NCBI GenBank assembly: GCA_038243585.1
Contig: JBBSQY010000025.1
Span: 1 to 45,629, forward strand
From: Candidatus Sumerlaeales bacterium
GTDB taxonomy: Bacteria; Sumerlaeota; Sumerlaeia; Sumerlaeales; Sumerlaeaceae
Length of the DNA stretch: 45,629 bases
Direction: 5' to 3'
Position numbers and translations under genes: made by a program. Below are positions 37,274 through 45,629 of the stretch, one piece after another. Within the stretch, counting starts at the first letter, position 1. Each line of letters starts with the position of its first letter. Below the pieces are notes generated by a model. The model was not told the DNA's origin. It saw only the letters and a list, made by a program, of their open reading frames with translations, and made no database searches.

Positions 37274-38935
37274 ATGACCAGCCCTGACTCCCAAAAGTTC
37301 CTCCGCGAACTCGATCGCACTCTCTGGACCGCCGCCGACAAACTCCGTTCCTCCCTCGATGCCGCCGTCTACAAGCATGCCGTCCTCGGACTCATTTTCC
37401 TCAAATACGTCTCCGACTCATTCATCATCCGTCAGGCTGAAATCGAAGCTCTCCTGCGAGATACCGCCAGCGATTATTACCTCGATCCGTCCAGCTATGC
37501 CTCCCCGGCGGATTACAATGCCGCCATACGGGACGAACTCGAAGACCGCGACTACTACGCTGAGAAGAACGTGTTCTGGGTGCCGGCCCTTGCCCGGTGG
37601 AAGACCCTGCAAGATAGCGCCAAGCTGCCCGCCGGTACAGAAATTGAAGTCCGGAACGGCAAAACCACCACCTATAAAATCAGCTCCATAGGTCGCCTTA
37701 TAGATGATGCCCTGGATGCCGTGGAAAAAGAAAACACAAAGCTTAAGGGCGTCCTCAATAAAACCTACACCCAACTCCAGATTGATCCCGCCAACCTGAG
37801 CGGCCTGATTGATCTGATTTCCACTATCCCGTTCCAACACGCTGATCTCCACGCCAAAGATATCCTCGGCCACGTGTACGAATACTTCCTCGGACAGTTC
37901 GCCCTCGCTGAAGGCAAAAAAGGCGGACAGTATTTCACGCCGAAGTCTATCGTTGGGCTCATCGTAGAGATGCTCCAGCCTTACAAAGGTCGGGTGTATG
38001 ATCCCGCCATGGGCAGCGGCGGATTCTTCGTGCAGAGCGAAAAGTTCATCACCGAACACGGGGGCAAGCTCGATCAGATCTCCGTGTACGGTCAGGAATC
38101 CAACCCCACCACCTGGCGATTAGCCGCCATGAACATGGCCATCCGGGGCATTGATTTTAATTTCGGCAAAGAACCCGCCAACAGCTTCACCAGCGACCAG
38201 CACCCTGATCTTCGTGCAGATTTCGTGATGGCGAACCCGCCCTTTAATATCAGCGACTGGTGGGATGCCCGCCTCGAAGGCGACGCCCGCTGGAAATACG
38301 GCACGCCGCCCCAGGGCAACGCCAACTTCGCATGGATGCAGCACATGCTCCACCACCTCGCCCCCAGCGGGTCTCTCGCGCTGCTGCTGGCCAATGGCAG
38401 CATGTCGTCCAACTCCGGCGGCGAGGGTGCTATTCGCCAGGCCCTGGTGCAGGACGATCTTGTGGAGTGCATGGTCGCGTTGCCGGGTCAGCTCTTTACC
38501 AACACCCAGATTCCCGCGTGCATCTGGTTTCTCACCAAAAGCAAGAAAGCCAGCGGCGATAAGCGCAACCGCCCCGGCGAGTTTCTCTTTATTGATGCAC
38601 GAAAAGTCGGGTTCATGGTGGATCGCGTGCGACGAGAGTTTACGCGGGAAGACATTAAGAAAATCGCCGACACCTTCCACGCCTGGCAGGATGGGAAAGA
38701 TTACGAAGATGTTGCCGGCTATTGCAAATCTGCCGCGCTGAAAGAGATCGAAGGCCACGGCTACGTGCTCACCCCCGGACGTTATGTGGGTGCAGAAGAA
38801 GTGGAAGACGACGGCGAACCGTTCGAGGAAAAGATGGCCCGGCTGGTGGGGGAACTTAATGGACAATTTGAGGAATCGGCCAAACTAGAAGCGGAGATTC
38901 GGAAGAATCTTTCAGGCTTGGGGTTCAAGTTATGA
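37274..38935 (+). CDS. hsdM: Type I restriction-modification DNA methyltransferase subunit M
   Basis: LWTAADKLR, LGLIFLKY, GQYFTP, DPAMGSGG (SAM binding), NPPF catalytic motif. Confidence 0.96.
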   Translation: MTSPDSQKFLRELDRTLWTAADKLRSSLDAAVYKHAVLGLIFLKYVSDSFIIRQAEIEALLRDTASDYYLDPSSYASPADYNAAIRDELEDRDYYAEKNVFWVPALARWKTLQDSAKLPAGTEIEVRNGKTTTYKISSIGRLIDDALDAVEKENTKLKGVLNKTYTQLQIDPANLSGLIDLISTIPFQHADLHAKDILGHVYEYFLGQFALAEGKKGGQYFTPKSIVGLIVEMLQPYKGRVYDPAMGSGGFFVQSEKFITEHGGKLDQISVYGQESNPTTWRLAAMNMAIRGIDFNFGKEPANSFTSDQHPDLRADFVMANPPFNISDWWDARLEGDARWKYGTPPQGNANFAWMQHMLHHLAPSGSLALLLANGSMSSNSGGEGAIRQALVQDDLVECMVALPGQLFTNTQIPACIWFLTKSKKASGDKRNRPGEFLFIDARKVGFMVDRVRREFTREDIKKIADTFHAWQDGKDYEDVAGYCKSAALKEIEGHGYVLTPGRYVGAEEVEDDGEPFEEKMARLVGELNGQFEESAKLEAEIRKNLSGLGFKL

Positions 38936-39996
38936 CCGAAGACAATAATCAGCTACCAGCTCCTACCACAGAGTTTCTTTTATTTCAGGAAGAATCCGGC
39001 CAATTCCGCGTGCAGGTACGTCTGCAAGACGGCTCTGCCTGGCTAACTCAGCGCGATATGGCCAGCTTATATCAAATCGCAGTCCCCACCGTAAACCACC
39101 ATATTTCAGAAATCTACGATGACGGAGAGGTTCTTCCTGAGGCAACTATTAGAAAATATCTAATAGTTCAAACCGAGGGTGCCCGCACTGTCCGCCGTCT
39201 GGTAGATCACTACAGCCTGGAAGCAGTGTTATCCGTCGGCTACCGCGTCCGATCGCCACGGGGCGTTCAATTCCGCCAATGGGCCACCTCACGGTTACGC
39301 GAATACCTCCAAAAAGGGTTCGTCATGGATGACGAACGCCTCAAAAATCCCGGAGGATTTGGCCCCGACTTCTTTGATGAACTTCTTGAACGCATACGCG
39401 CTATCCGTGCATCCGAACGGCGCTTTTACCAGAAGATCACCGACATCTATGCACAATGCAGCATAGATTACGATCCGCAGGCAGAGATCAGCAAAACTTT
39501 TTTTGCGACTGTACAAAACAAACTCCACTGGGCTATCCATGGCAACACAGCCGCCGAACTCATTTCCAGACGGGCAAAGTCTTCCGAGCGGAATATGGGG
39601 CTCACAACCTGGAAAACTGCCCCCCAGGGAAACATTCGTAAAGGCGATGTCGAGACAGCAAAAAATTACCTGACCGAAGAAGAAGTCGGCGAACTCAATC
39701 GCATCGTCACCATGTATCTCGATTTCGCAGAAGATCAGGCGCGCCGGCGAAAAACCATGGCGATGGCGGACTGGGTACAGAAGCTGGATTCGTTTCTGGA
39801 GTTTAACGAAAGAAACGTCCTCCAGCACGCCGGGACTATTTCTCATACCCTGGCAGTGGAACGTGCCCATTGCGAGTATCAGAAATTTGATGCGGCAAGG
39901 AAACACCTTGAAGCCACAACCCCCGTCAGCGATTTTGATAAAGCTGTCGAAGCGGTAAAGAAGCTAAAAAGCAAATCTCCAGGCGATAACAAATGA
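38932..39996 (+). CDS. RhuM family (virulence/DNA-binding) protein
   Basis: WLTQRDMASLY, SVGYRVRS.RG.QFRQWA, RIRAIRASERRFYQKITDIY motifs; ATGA overlap with hsdM. Confidence 0.9.
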   Translation: MTEDNNQLPAPTTEFLLFQEESGQFRVQVRLQDGSAWLTQRDMASLYQIAVPTVNHHISEIYDDGEVLPEATIRKYLIVQTEGARTVRRLVDHYSLEAVLSVGYRVRSPRGVQFRQWATSRLREYLQKGFVMDDERLKNPGGFGPDFFDELLERIRAIRASERRFYQKITDIYAQCSIDYDPQAEISKTFFATVQNKLHWAIHGNTAAELISRRAKSSERNMGLTTWKTAPQGNIRKGDVETAKNYLTEEEVGELNRIVTMYLDFAEDQARRRKTMAMADWVQKLDSFLEFNERNVLQHAGTISHTLAVERAHCEYQKFDAARKHLEATTPVSDFDKAVEAVKKLKSKSPGDNK

Positions 39997-41372
39997 TCCA
40001 ATTCGATTGGAAGACTCAGAATTTGATAGCTAGCTCTTTTACGGATCCAAGTCACTCCAAAATGAGCTGTGGTGTCTCATTTAATGTACCGGGTACGGTG
40101 GCATGGTTTGAAGTGGAACTTGGGGACTGTCTGACACAAGTAGTTGATAATCGAGGAAAAACGCCGCCACTCGAAGAACATGGAGAGTACGAACTTTTGG
40201 AGGTAAATTCCGTCGTCGGCCACTCAAAACACATAGACTATTCAGCTGCTAAAAAACGGGTAAGTGCGCAAACCTACAATACATGGTTTCGAAAGGGACA
40301 TCCAAAATGTGGTGACGTTTTATTTGCGACGGTTGGTTCTATCGCTGAGGTCGCATACGTTAATGTACAGAGAGGATGTATCGCTCAAAACCTAATAGCC
40401 CTGCGTCCGAATCAATCAATTATAGATGGGGAGTTTCTCTATTACTTGTTAACAGGAAAGGCAATGAAAGCCAAACTCCTTTCGCTCAATATCAGTTCCG
40501 TCCAACCGAGTATTAAGGTTCCCCACCTGCTCAAATCGCAAATTAAAATACCCGAAGTTTCTCAACAGAAGCGCATTGCCCATATCCTTGGTACGCTGGA
40601 CGACAAGATCGAGTTGAACCGCCGGATGAACGCGATGCTGGAGTCTATGGCGCGGGCGTTGTTCAAGAGCTGGTTCGTGGATTTTGACCCCGTCCACGCC
40701 AAACAACAAGGCCGCCAACCCGCCTACATGGACCCCGCCACCGCCGCCCTCTTCCCCTCAGAGTTCGAAGACTCAGAACTGGGGCCGATACCTAAGGGGT
40801 GGGAGGTCCGCAGCTTAGATCAGATCGCAGCTTTTCTAAACGGCTTGGCGCTTCAGAAGTTTCCAGTGAAAATCGGAAAATCTCTTCCTGTTATTAAAAT
40901 TGCTCAACTACGCAAGGGAAACACCATGGGGGCCGACGAATGCAGTGCTGATATTCCGGAACAATATATTGTGCAGAACGGTGATGTTTTGTTTTCTTGG
41001 TCTGGAAGTTTACTCGTAGATTTATGGTGTGGCGGCAAAGGAGCGCTAAACCAGCACCTTTTCAAAGTTACCTCTACACAATTTCCAAAGTGGTTCTATT
41101 ATCTTTGGACTCAACACCACTTGCAGGACTTTCGAACAACAGCCGCAAGCAAGGCCACTACAATGGGACATATTCAGCGTCATCATCTTACAGCAGCAAA
41201 GACGATTGTACCGCCCATGGAATTGCTCAGCGCCCTATCAAATACTACGGCTCCTATCATAGATTTACTATTACAAAATTCAGCTAACTCACGAACGCTT
41301 TCCGCTTTACGCGACTTGCTACTGCCCGAGCTTGTAGGCGGTCAACTACAAGAAGCAATTTCAATTAATTAG
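39993..41372 (+). CDS. hsdS: Type I restriction-modification specificity subunit S
   Basis: Two variable TRDs separated by the conserved LDDKIELNRRMN..LE.MARALFKSWFVDF...IPKGW; C-terminal LRDLLLP; start uncertain. Confidence 0.93.
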   Translation: MIQFDWKTQNLIASSFTDPSHSKMSCGVSFNVPGTVAWFEVELGDCLTQVVDNRGKTPPLEEHGEYELLEVNSVVGHSKHIDYSAAKKRVSAQTYNTWFRKGHPKCGDVLFATVGSIAEVAYVNVQRGCIAQNLIALRPNQSIIDGEFLYYLLTGKAMKAKLLSLNISSVQPSIKVPHLLKSQIKIPEVSQQKRIAHILGTLDDKIELNRRMNAMLESMARALFKSWFVDFDPVHAKQQGRQPAYMDPATAALFPSEFEDSELGPIPKGWEVRSLDQIAAFLNGLALQKFPVKIGKSLPVIKIAQLRKGNTMGADECSADIPEQYIVQNGDVLFSWSGSLLVDLWCGGKGALNQHLFKVTSTQFPKWFYYLWTQHHLQDFRTTAASKATTMGHIQRHHLTAAKTIVPPMELLSALSNTTAPIIDLLLQNSANSRTLSALRDLLLPELVGGQLQEAISIN

Positions 41373-41378
41373 GCGAAT

Positions 41379-42443
41379 ATGAGCAACAGTAACCTACAAC
41401 TACCTGGCAGAATCAGTGCCCTCATTCCTGCGCTGGCCAGACTTTACGAAGCACAGGAAAAGCGGGAGCTACAAGAAATTCTGGTAAATGCTCAGACTCG
41501 TGTCCATGAAGAATGGAGTTACGATAATTGGGATGGTGGCACCTATGGGCATGCACTATACCTTCAAATACCAGAGACACTTTATCTGCGACTATTGTCA
41601 GCCAAAGAGGAACTGCAGACGATAATTCGCTCAGATTTAAATAGTCTGCATAATTTCCAAAATGAATCTATAGAAGAAGTTTTTTTTGAAATAGAGCCCA
41701 CCAATGATCCTGACTGGCGACAAAAGTCAGGCCTTCTTCTGACTGGAAAACGTACTGTTGATCCAAATACTGCAGATCGAATTTGGGGCGATGGTTACCG
41801 AGTTTTCTTAAGCCATAAAACAGAAGTCAAAGTAGAAACCAAAGCGCTTAAAGATGCTTTAGCGAAGTTTAGAGTCTCGTGTTTCGTTGCCCACGAAGAT
41901 ATAAAGCCAACCAAAGAGTGGCAGAATGAAATTGAATCTGCGCTCACAACAATGGATGCGTTTGTCGCTCTTCTTACAGAGAACTTCCACGAAAGCGATT
42001 GGACCGATCAGGAGGTAGGTTTCGCTCTTGCGAGGAACGTTCCGATAATTTCAGTCAGACTAGAACGTGATCCTTACGGGTTTTTGGGAAAATTCCAAGG
42101 TTTAAAATGCAGTTGGGAAAATGCACCAAATGAAGTGGCTAAGCTGCTAATTAGACATAACGGGATGTTTAGCTCCTACATAAAAGCCCTGCATACCTGC
42201 GGAAGCTATATAGAAGCGAATGAACTGGCGAAGCTTCTACCAGAAATCGCTCAGCTGACAGAAGTACAGATAGATGGACTTGTTAAAGCGCATAACGATA
42301 ATGGTGAAATTCGGGAAAGCTTTGGTTTTAAAGGCGGCCGAGATTATGGTAAAGGGTTGTTGCACTATTTAAACCTATGGAGCAATCGTAAGTTCGGTAT
42401 CAACTACAACGGTAAAATTACGGAAGCATTACAAAATGAATAG
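41379..42443 (+). CDS. TIR-domain protein with uncharacterised N- and C-terminal domains
   Basis: VFLSH, FVAHEDI.PT.EWQ.EI, WTDQEVG (conserved TIR Glu) motifs; AT-richer than flanking genes. Confidence 0.85.
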   Translation: MSNSNLQLPGRISALIPALARLYEAQEKRELQEILVNAQTRVHEEWSYDNWDGGTYGHALYLQIPETLYLRLLSAKEELQTIIRSDLNSLHNFQNESIEEVFFEIEPTNDPDWRQKSGLLLTGKRTVDPNTADRIWGDGYRVFLSHKTEVKVETKALKDALAKFRVSCFVAHEDIKPTKEWQNEIESALTTMDAFVALLTENFHESDWTDQEVGFALARNVPIISVRLERDPYGFLGKFQGLKCSWENAPNEVAKLLIRHNGMFSSYIKALHTCGSYIEANELAKLLPEIAQLTEVQIDGLVKAHNDNGEIRESFGFKGGRDYGKGLLHYLNLWSNRKFGINYNGKITEALQNE

Positions 42444-42612
42444 TAATCCAACTATACCTGACGAAGCTTGGTTCCAGTCTGAAATCAACGAACTGAACGC
42501 TTTGCTTGAGCAGATACCTGCTGAAAATGTCATTGACCGTCGTGGGTTACAGGATCGTTTGGACAGTGCTCGAAAACTGCTGGAAAAGCTGAAAGAAGAT
42601 CGCCATCACTAA
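42436..42612 (+). CDS. 58-aa helical-hairpin ORF overlapping the TIR gene stop, absent from the ORF track
   Basis: MNSNPTIPDEAWFQSEINELNALLEQIPAENVIDRRGLQDRLDSARKLLEKLKEDRHH; fills the gap between the TIR gene and the ImmA gene. Confidence 0.6.
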   Translation: MNSNPTIPDEAWFQSEINELNALLEQIPAENVIDRRGLQDRLDSARKLLEKLKEDRHH

Positions 42613-42624
42613 GTTTCGCTTACT

Positions 42625-43782
42625 ATGTCCACCGACATCCCCATAAAACCCAAGCTTCTAACCTGGGCCCGCAAACGCGCCGGACTGGATTTGAACGCGC
42701 TCGTCAAGCGCTTCCCCAAGTACCAGGAATGGGAGCGTGGAGAAAGTATGCCGACGTTGCGACAGCTAGAAAATTTTGCACGCGCCGTGCACGTGCCCTT
42801 CGGTTATCTTTTTCTGCCGGAGCCGCCGGTAGAAACGTTGCCCATACCGGATTTTCGAACTGTAGCAAGCCGGGCCGTCGAGCGCCCCAGCCCGAATTTG
42901 CTGGATACAATCTATCTATGTCAGCAACGGCAGGACTGGTTCAAGGAATATGCGCGTATCTATGGCATTCCGGCGCACCCGTATGTGGGCAGCGTAACAA
43001 TTTCTGATGATCCAGTTCAGGTGGCAGGCGCCATGCGCGAGGCGCTGAACCTTTCCATTGATGAAAGACAAAACCTGTCTACCTTCCGTGATGCACTGCG
43101 AGAACTGCTTGCAAAGGCGGAGGCGGCGGGGGTGCTGATGATGGCTAGCTCCATCGTGGGCAGCAACAGTCACCGAAAGCTTGCGGTGGAGGAGTTTCGG
43201 GGTTTTACCCTGGTTGATAAATTTGCCCCGCTGATCTTCATAAACGCCAGGGATAGTAAATCGGCCCAGATGTTTACGTTGGCCCACGAACTGGCTCATG
43301 TATGGCTGGGACAAAGCGGCGTGTCTGACCCCATGGCGGGCCATATTCCGGGTCTTGGCGTAGAACGTTGGTGTAATGCCGTGGCTGCCGAATTCCTTGT
43401 TCCGCTGGAAATGTTAACCCGCGAACACAATACAGGTTTTGCACCCCTTGAAGAAGCCCGTCGTTTGTCTCGCGTTTTCAAGGTAAGTACGTTCGTAACA
43501 TTGCGAAGGTTGTTTGATGCAGGGGAAATGGATTATCCGACGCTTCAAAGTCTCTATGCCATTGAACTGGATAGAATCAACCAACTGGAATTGAACAGTA
43601 GCGGTGGTGGTGGGGATTTTTATCGCACGCTGGGCGCACGCACGGGTAAGCGTTTTGCGCGGGCTGTGGTGTCCAGCACGTTGGAAGGCCATACTCTTTT
43701 TAAAGATGCATTCCAGATGCTTGGCGTGCGGAAAACATCGACCTTTTATGCGGCCGCGCGGGAACTGGGGGTCGTGCAATGA
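42625..43782 (+). CDS. XRE-HTH + ImmA/IrrE (Peptidase_M78, COG2856) metallopeptidase
   Basis: N-terminal HTH (WERGE..PT..QLE), FTLAHELAH HExxH motif, ERWCNAVAAEFL. Confidence 0.92.
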   Translation: MSTDIPIKPKLLTWARKRAGLDLNALVKRFPKYQEWERGESMPTLRQLENFARAVHVPFGYLFLPEPPVETLPIPDFRTVASRAVERPSPNLLDTIYLCQQRQDWFKEYARIYGIPAHPYVGSVTISDDPVQVAGAMREALNLSIDERQNLSTFRDALRELLAKAEAAGVLMMASSIVGSNSHRKLAVEEFRGFTLVDKFAPLIFINARDSKSAQMFTLAHELAHVWLGQSGVSDPMAGHIPGLGVERWCNAVAAEFLVPLEMLTREHNTGFAPLEEARRLSRVFKVSTFVTLRRLFDAGEMDYPTLQSLYAIELDRINQLELNSSGGGGDFYRTLGARTGKRFARAVVSSTLEGHTLFKDAFQMLGVRKTSTFYAAARELGVVQ

Positions 43783-44273
43783 CCTACCTGCTGGATGCAA
43801 ACGTCTTTATCCAGGCGAAGAACCTTCACTATGGTTTGGACTTTTGCCCTGCCTTTTGGGAATGGTTGACTGAGAAAAATAAGGCAGGCGTGGTGTTTAG
43901 TATCGACAAAATAGCCGATGAGATTGCCGCCGGGGCAGATGAACTAACGGATTGGATGCGCCAGTCTGGTAATGGCCTCTTTCGGAAAACGGTTCCCGCT
44001 GTTGCTGGAGCATTTCCGCAGGTAAGTACCTGGGCCACAAGTCAGAATTACGAGCCAGCCGCCATTAGCACGTTTATGCAGGTAGCCGATTTTTACCTGG
44101 TCGCCCACGCCGTTGCGGATAACCATATAGTTGTAACCCACGAGATTCCGTCACACTCTCTTCGAAGGATTAAGATTCCAGACGCATGTGTGGGATTAGG
44201 CTTGCGGTTCATGACACCGTACGAAATGCTGCGTACCGAAAGTGCACGTTTCATCCTGGGACATCGCCCATGA
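43779..44273 (+). CDS. DUF4411 family PIN-like protein
   Basis: YLLDANVFI, FW.WL, ADFYLVAHA, VVTHE, KIPDAC motifs; ATGA overlap with the upstream gene. Confidence 0.88.
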   Translation: MTYLLDANVFIQAKNLHYGLDFCPAFWEWLTEKNKAGVVFSIDKIADEIAAGADELTDWMRQSGNGLFRKTVPAVAGAFPQVSTWATSQNYEPAAISTFMQVADFYLVAHAVADNHIVVTHEIPSHSLRRIKIPDACVGLGLRFMTPYEMLRTESARFILGHRP

Positions 44274-45629
44274 TCACCGAAGATCAACTCGAAAAGCTCG
44301 CCCTGAACTGGTTCCAGGAAACCGGTTGGTCTTACGTGCACGGCACTGCCATTGCCCCGGACGGGGTGGCGGCGGAGCGGTTGGATTTCCGGTCGGTGGT
44401 GTTGAAGGGTCGGCTGGCGGCGGCGGTGGGGCGGCTTAATCCCCAGCTTCCTCCGGTAGCCGTGGACGAGGTGGTACATATCGTTACGAAGCCGGACCAC
44501 CCAAGCCTGGTGCAGAGTAACCGCGCGTTTCACCGAATGCTGACGGACGGCGTACGGATTGAGCTTACCGACGCGACCGGCGACAAGGTTACCGATCACG
44601 CGCAACTGGTGGATTTTGTAAGGCCGGAGATGAACGATTTTCTGGTGGTGAACCAGTTCACGATTACCGGAACGAAAAAGCCGCGGCGTCCGGATATTAT
44701 CGGGTTTGTAAACGGGTTGCCGCTGGTGGGGGTGGAACTGAAAAACCCCGCCGATGTGAACGCAGATGTGTGGGATGCTTACGGTCAGCTTCAGACGTAT
44801 AAGGATGAGATCGAGGACCTGTACGTTTATAACGAGGCGCTGGTGGTGAGCGACGGGATGAACGCGCGAGTGGGATCGCTGACGGCGACGACGGAATGGT
44901 TTATGCCATGGCGCACGGTCGCCAATGAGAATGACCGCCCAAAGCTGGAGTTTGAGCTGGAGACGCTTATCCGGGGTTTCTTTAAGCCGGACCTCTTCCT
45001 GGATTACATCCGGTACTTTATCCTGTTTGAGCAGAACAGCGACCGCCTGATTAAGAAGATCGCCGGGTACCACCAGTTCCACGGGGTGCGCGAAGCCGTG
45101 CGGGTGACGCTGATTGCTGCCGGGGAAGCGAAAAGCCATCGGATAAATGAAGACCGCGCCACTTACGGGAAGGATGTTATTCCCGGTTCCGGCAAGGCGG
45201 GGGTTTTCTGGCACACGCAGGGGTCGGGCAAGAGTATCTCCATGGCGTGTTACGCGGGCAAACTGCTTCAGCAGCCGGAAATGCACAACCCCACGCTGGT
45301 GGTGGTGACGGATCGTAACGACCTGGACGGGCAGCTTTTTCAGCAGTTTTGCAGTGCGCAGGACCTGCTGAGGCAGATACCGGAACAGGCGGAAAGCCGG
45401 GATGAGCTGCGGGAAAAACTGGCGGCGCGCCAGGCGGGCGGGATTATCTTTACGACGGTTCAGAAGTTTGGGTTGCTGGAGAATGAGACAGCCCACCCGG
45501 TATTGTGTCAGCGGCGGAATGTGGTGGTGATTTCAGACGAAGCTCATCGAAGCCAGTATGGCATGAAGGGCCGTCTGGATATGAAGTCGGGGCGTTACGT
45601 GTTTGGGTATGCCAAGCACATGCGCGATG
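44270..45629 (+). CDS. hsdR: Type I restriction endonuclease subunit R (partial, runs off the window end)
   Basis: MITEDQLE start (ATGA overlap); RRPDII.FVNGLPL..VELK nuclease motif, WHTQGSGKS Walker A, DEAH box. Confidence 0.95.
   Translation, partial: MITEDQLEKLALNWFQETGWSYVHGTAIAPDGVAAERLDFRSVVLKGRLAAAVGRLNPQLPPVAVDEVVHIVTKPDHPSLVQSNRAFHRMLTDGVRIELTDATGDKVTDHAQLVDFVRPEMNDFLVVNQFTITGTKKPRRPDIIGFVNGLPLVGVELKNPADVNADVWDAYGQLQTYKDEIEDLYVYNEALVVSDGMNARVGSLTATTEWFMPWRTVANENDRPKLEFELETLIRGFFKPDLFLDYIRYFILFEQNSDRLIKKIAGYHQFHGVREAVRVTLIAAGEAKSHRINEDRATYGKDVIPGSGKAGVFWHTQGSGKSISMACYAGKLLQQPEMHNPTLVVVTDRNDLDGQLFQQFCSAQDLLRQIPEQAESRDELREKLAARQAGGIIFTTVQKFGLLENETAHPVLCQRRNVVVISDEAHRSQYGMKGRLDMKSGRYVFGYAKHMRD

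Noticed and set aside
36869..37341. Short minus-strand ORFs (75 and 82 aa) upstream of hsdM, or an integrase/att boundary for the island
   Set aside because: No recognisable protein motifs, both overlap real genes, and no tRNA, integrase or direct repeat is visible
44093..45496. 467-aa minus-strand ORF in the track
   Set aside because: Antisense shadow of hsdR, which is on the + strand and missing from the track because its stop lies outside the window

Overview
Bacterial chromosomal window, mostly housekeeping, envelope and signalling genes from 1 to 36.9 kb. These include an RhaEW-type aldolase/SDR, a TPR protein plus GT-C glycosyltransferase, a PAS/GAF diguanylate cyclase, two aldo/keto reductases, dtd, a 2-oxoacid:ferredoxin oxidoreductase alpha/beta pair split by a VapBC-like module, an amidase, a DegT aminotransferase, DUF4388/receiver/kinase genes and secreted beta-propeller proteins. 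From 37.3 kb to the window end there is a defence island: a type I restriction-modification operon (hsdM, hsdS, partial hsdR) with five cargo genes embedded in it (RhuM, a TIR-domain protein, an unannotated 58-aa ORF, an HTH-ImmA/IrrE peptidase and a DUF4411-like PIN protein). Signals not in the ORF track: a G-U-rich multi-stem RNA candidate with a terminator (about 12.05-12.25 kb, minus strand), 9-bp-period GTCCAT repeats, GTAG-type REP palindromes, a 59-aa Lys-rich ORF, and a C-to-G strand-skew reversal near a perfect DnaA box at 36.9 kb. All calls come from reading motifs by eye; no database searches were run.
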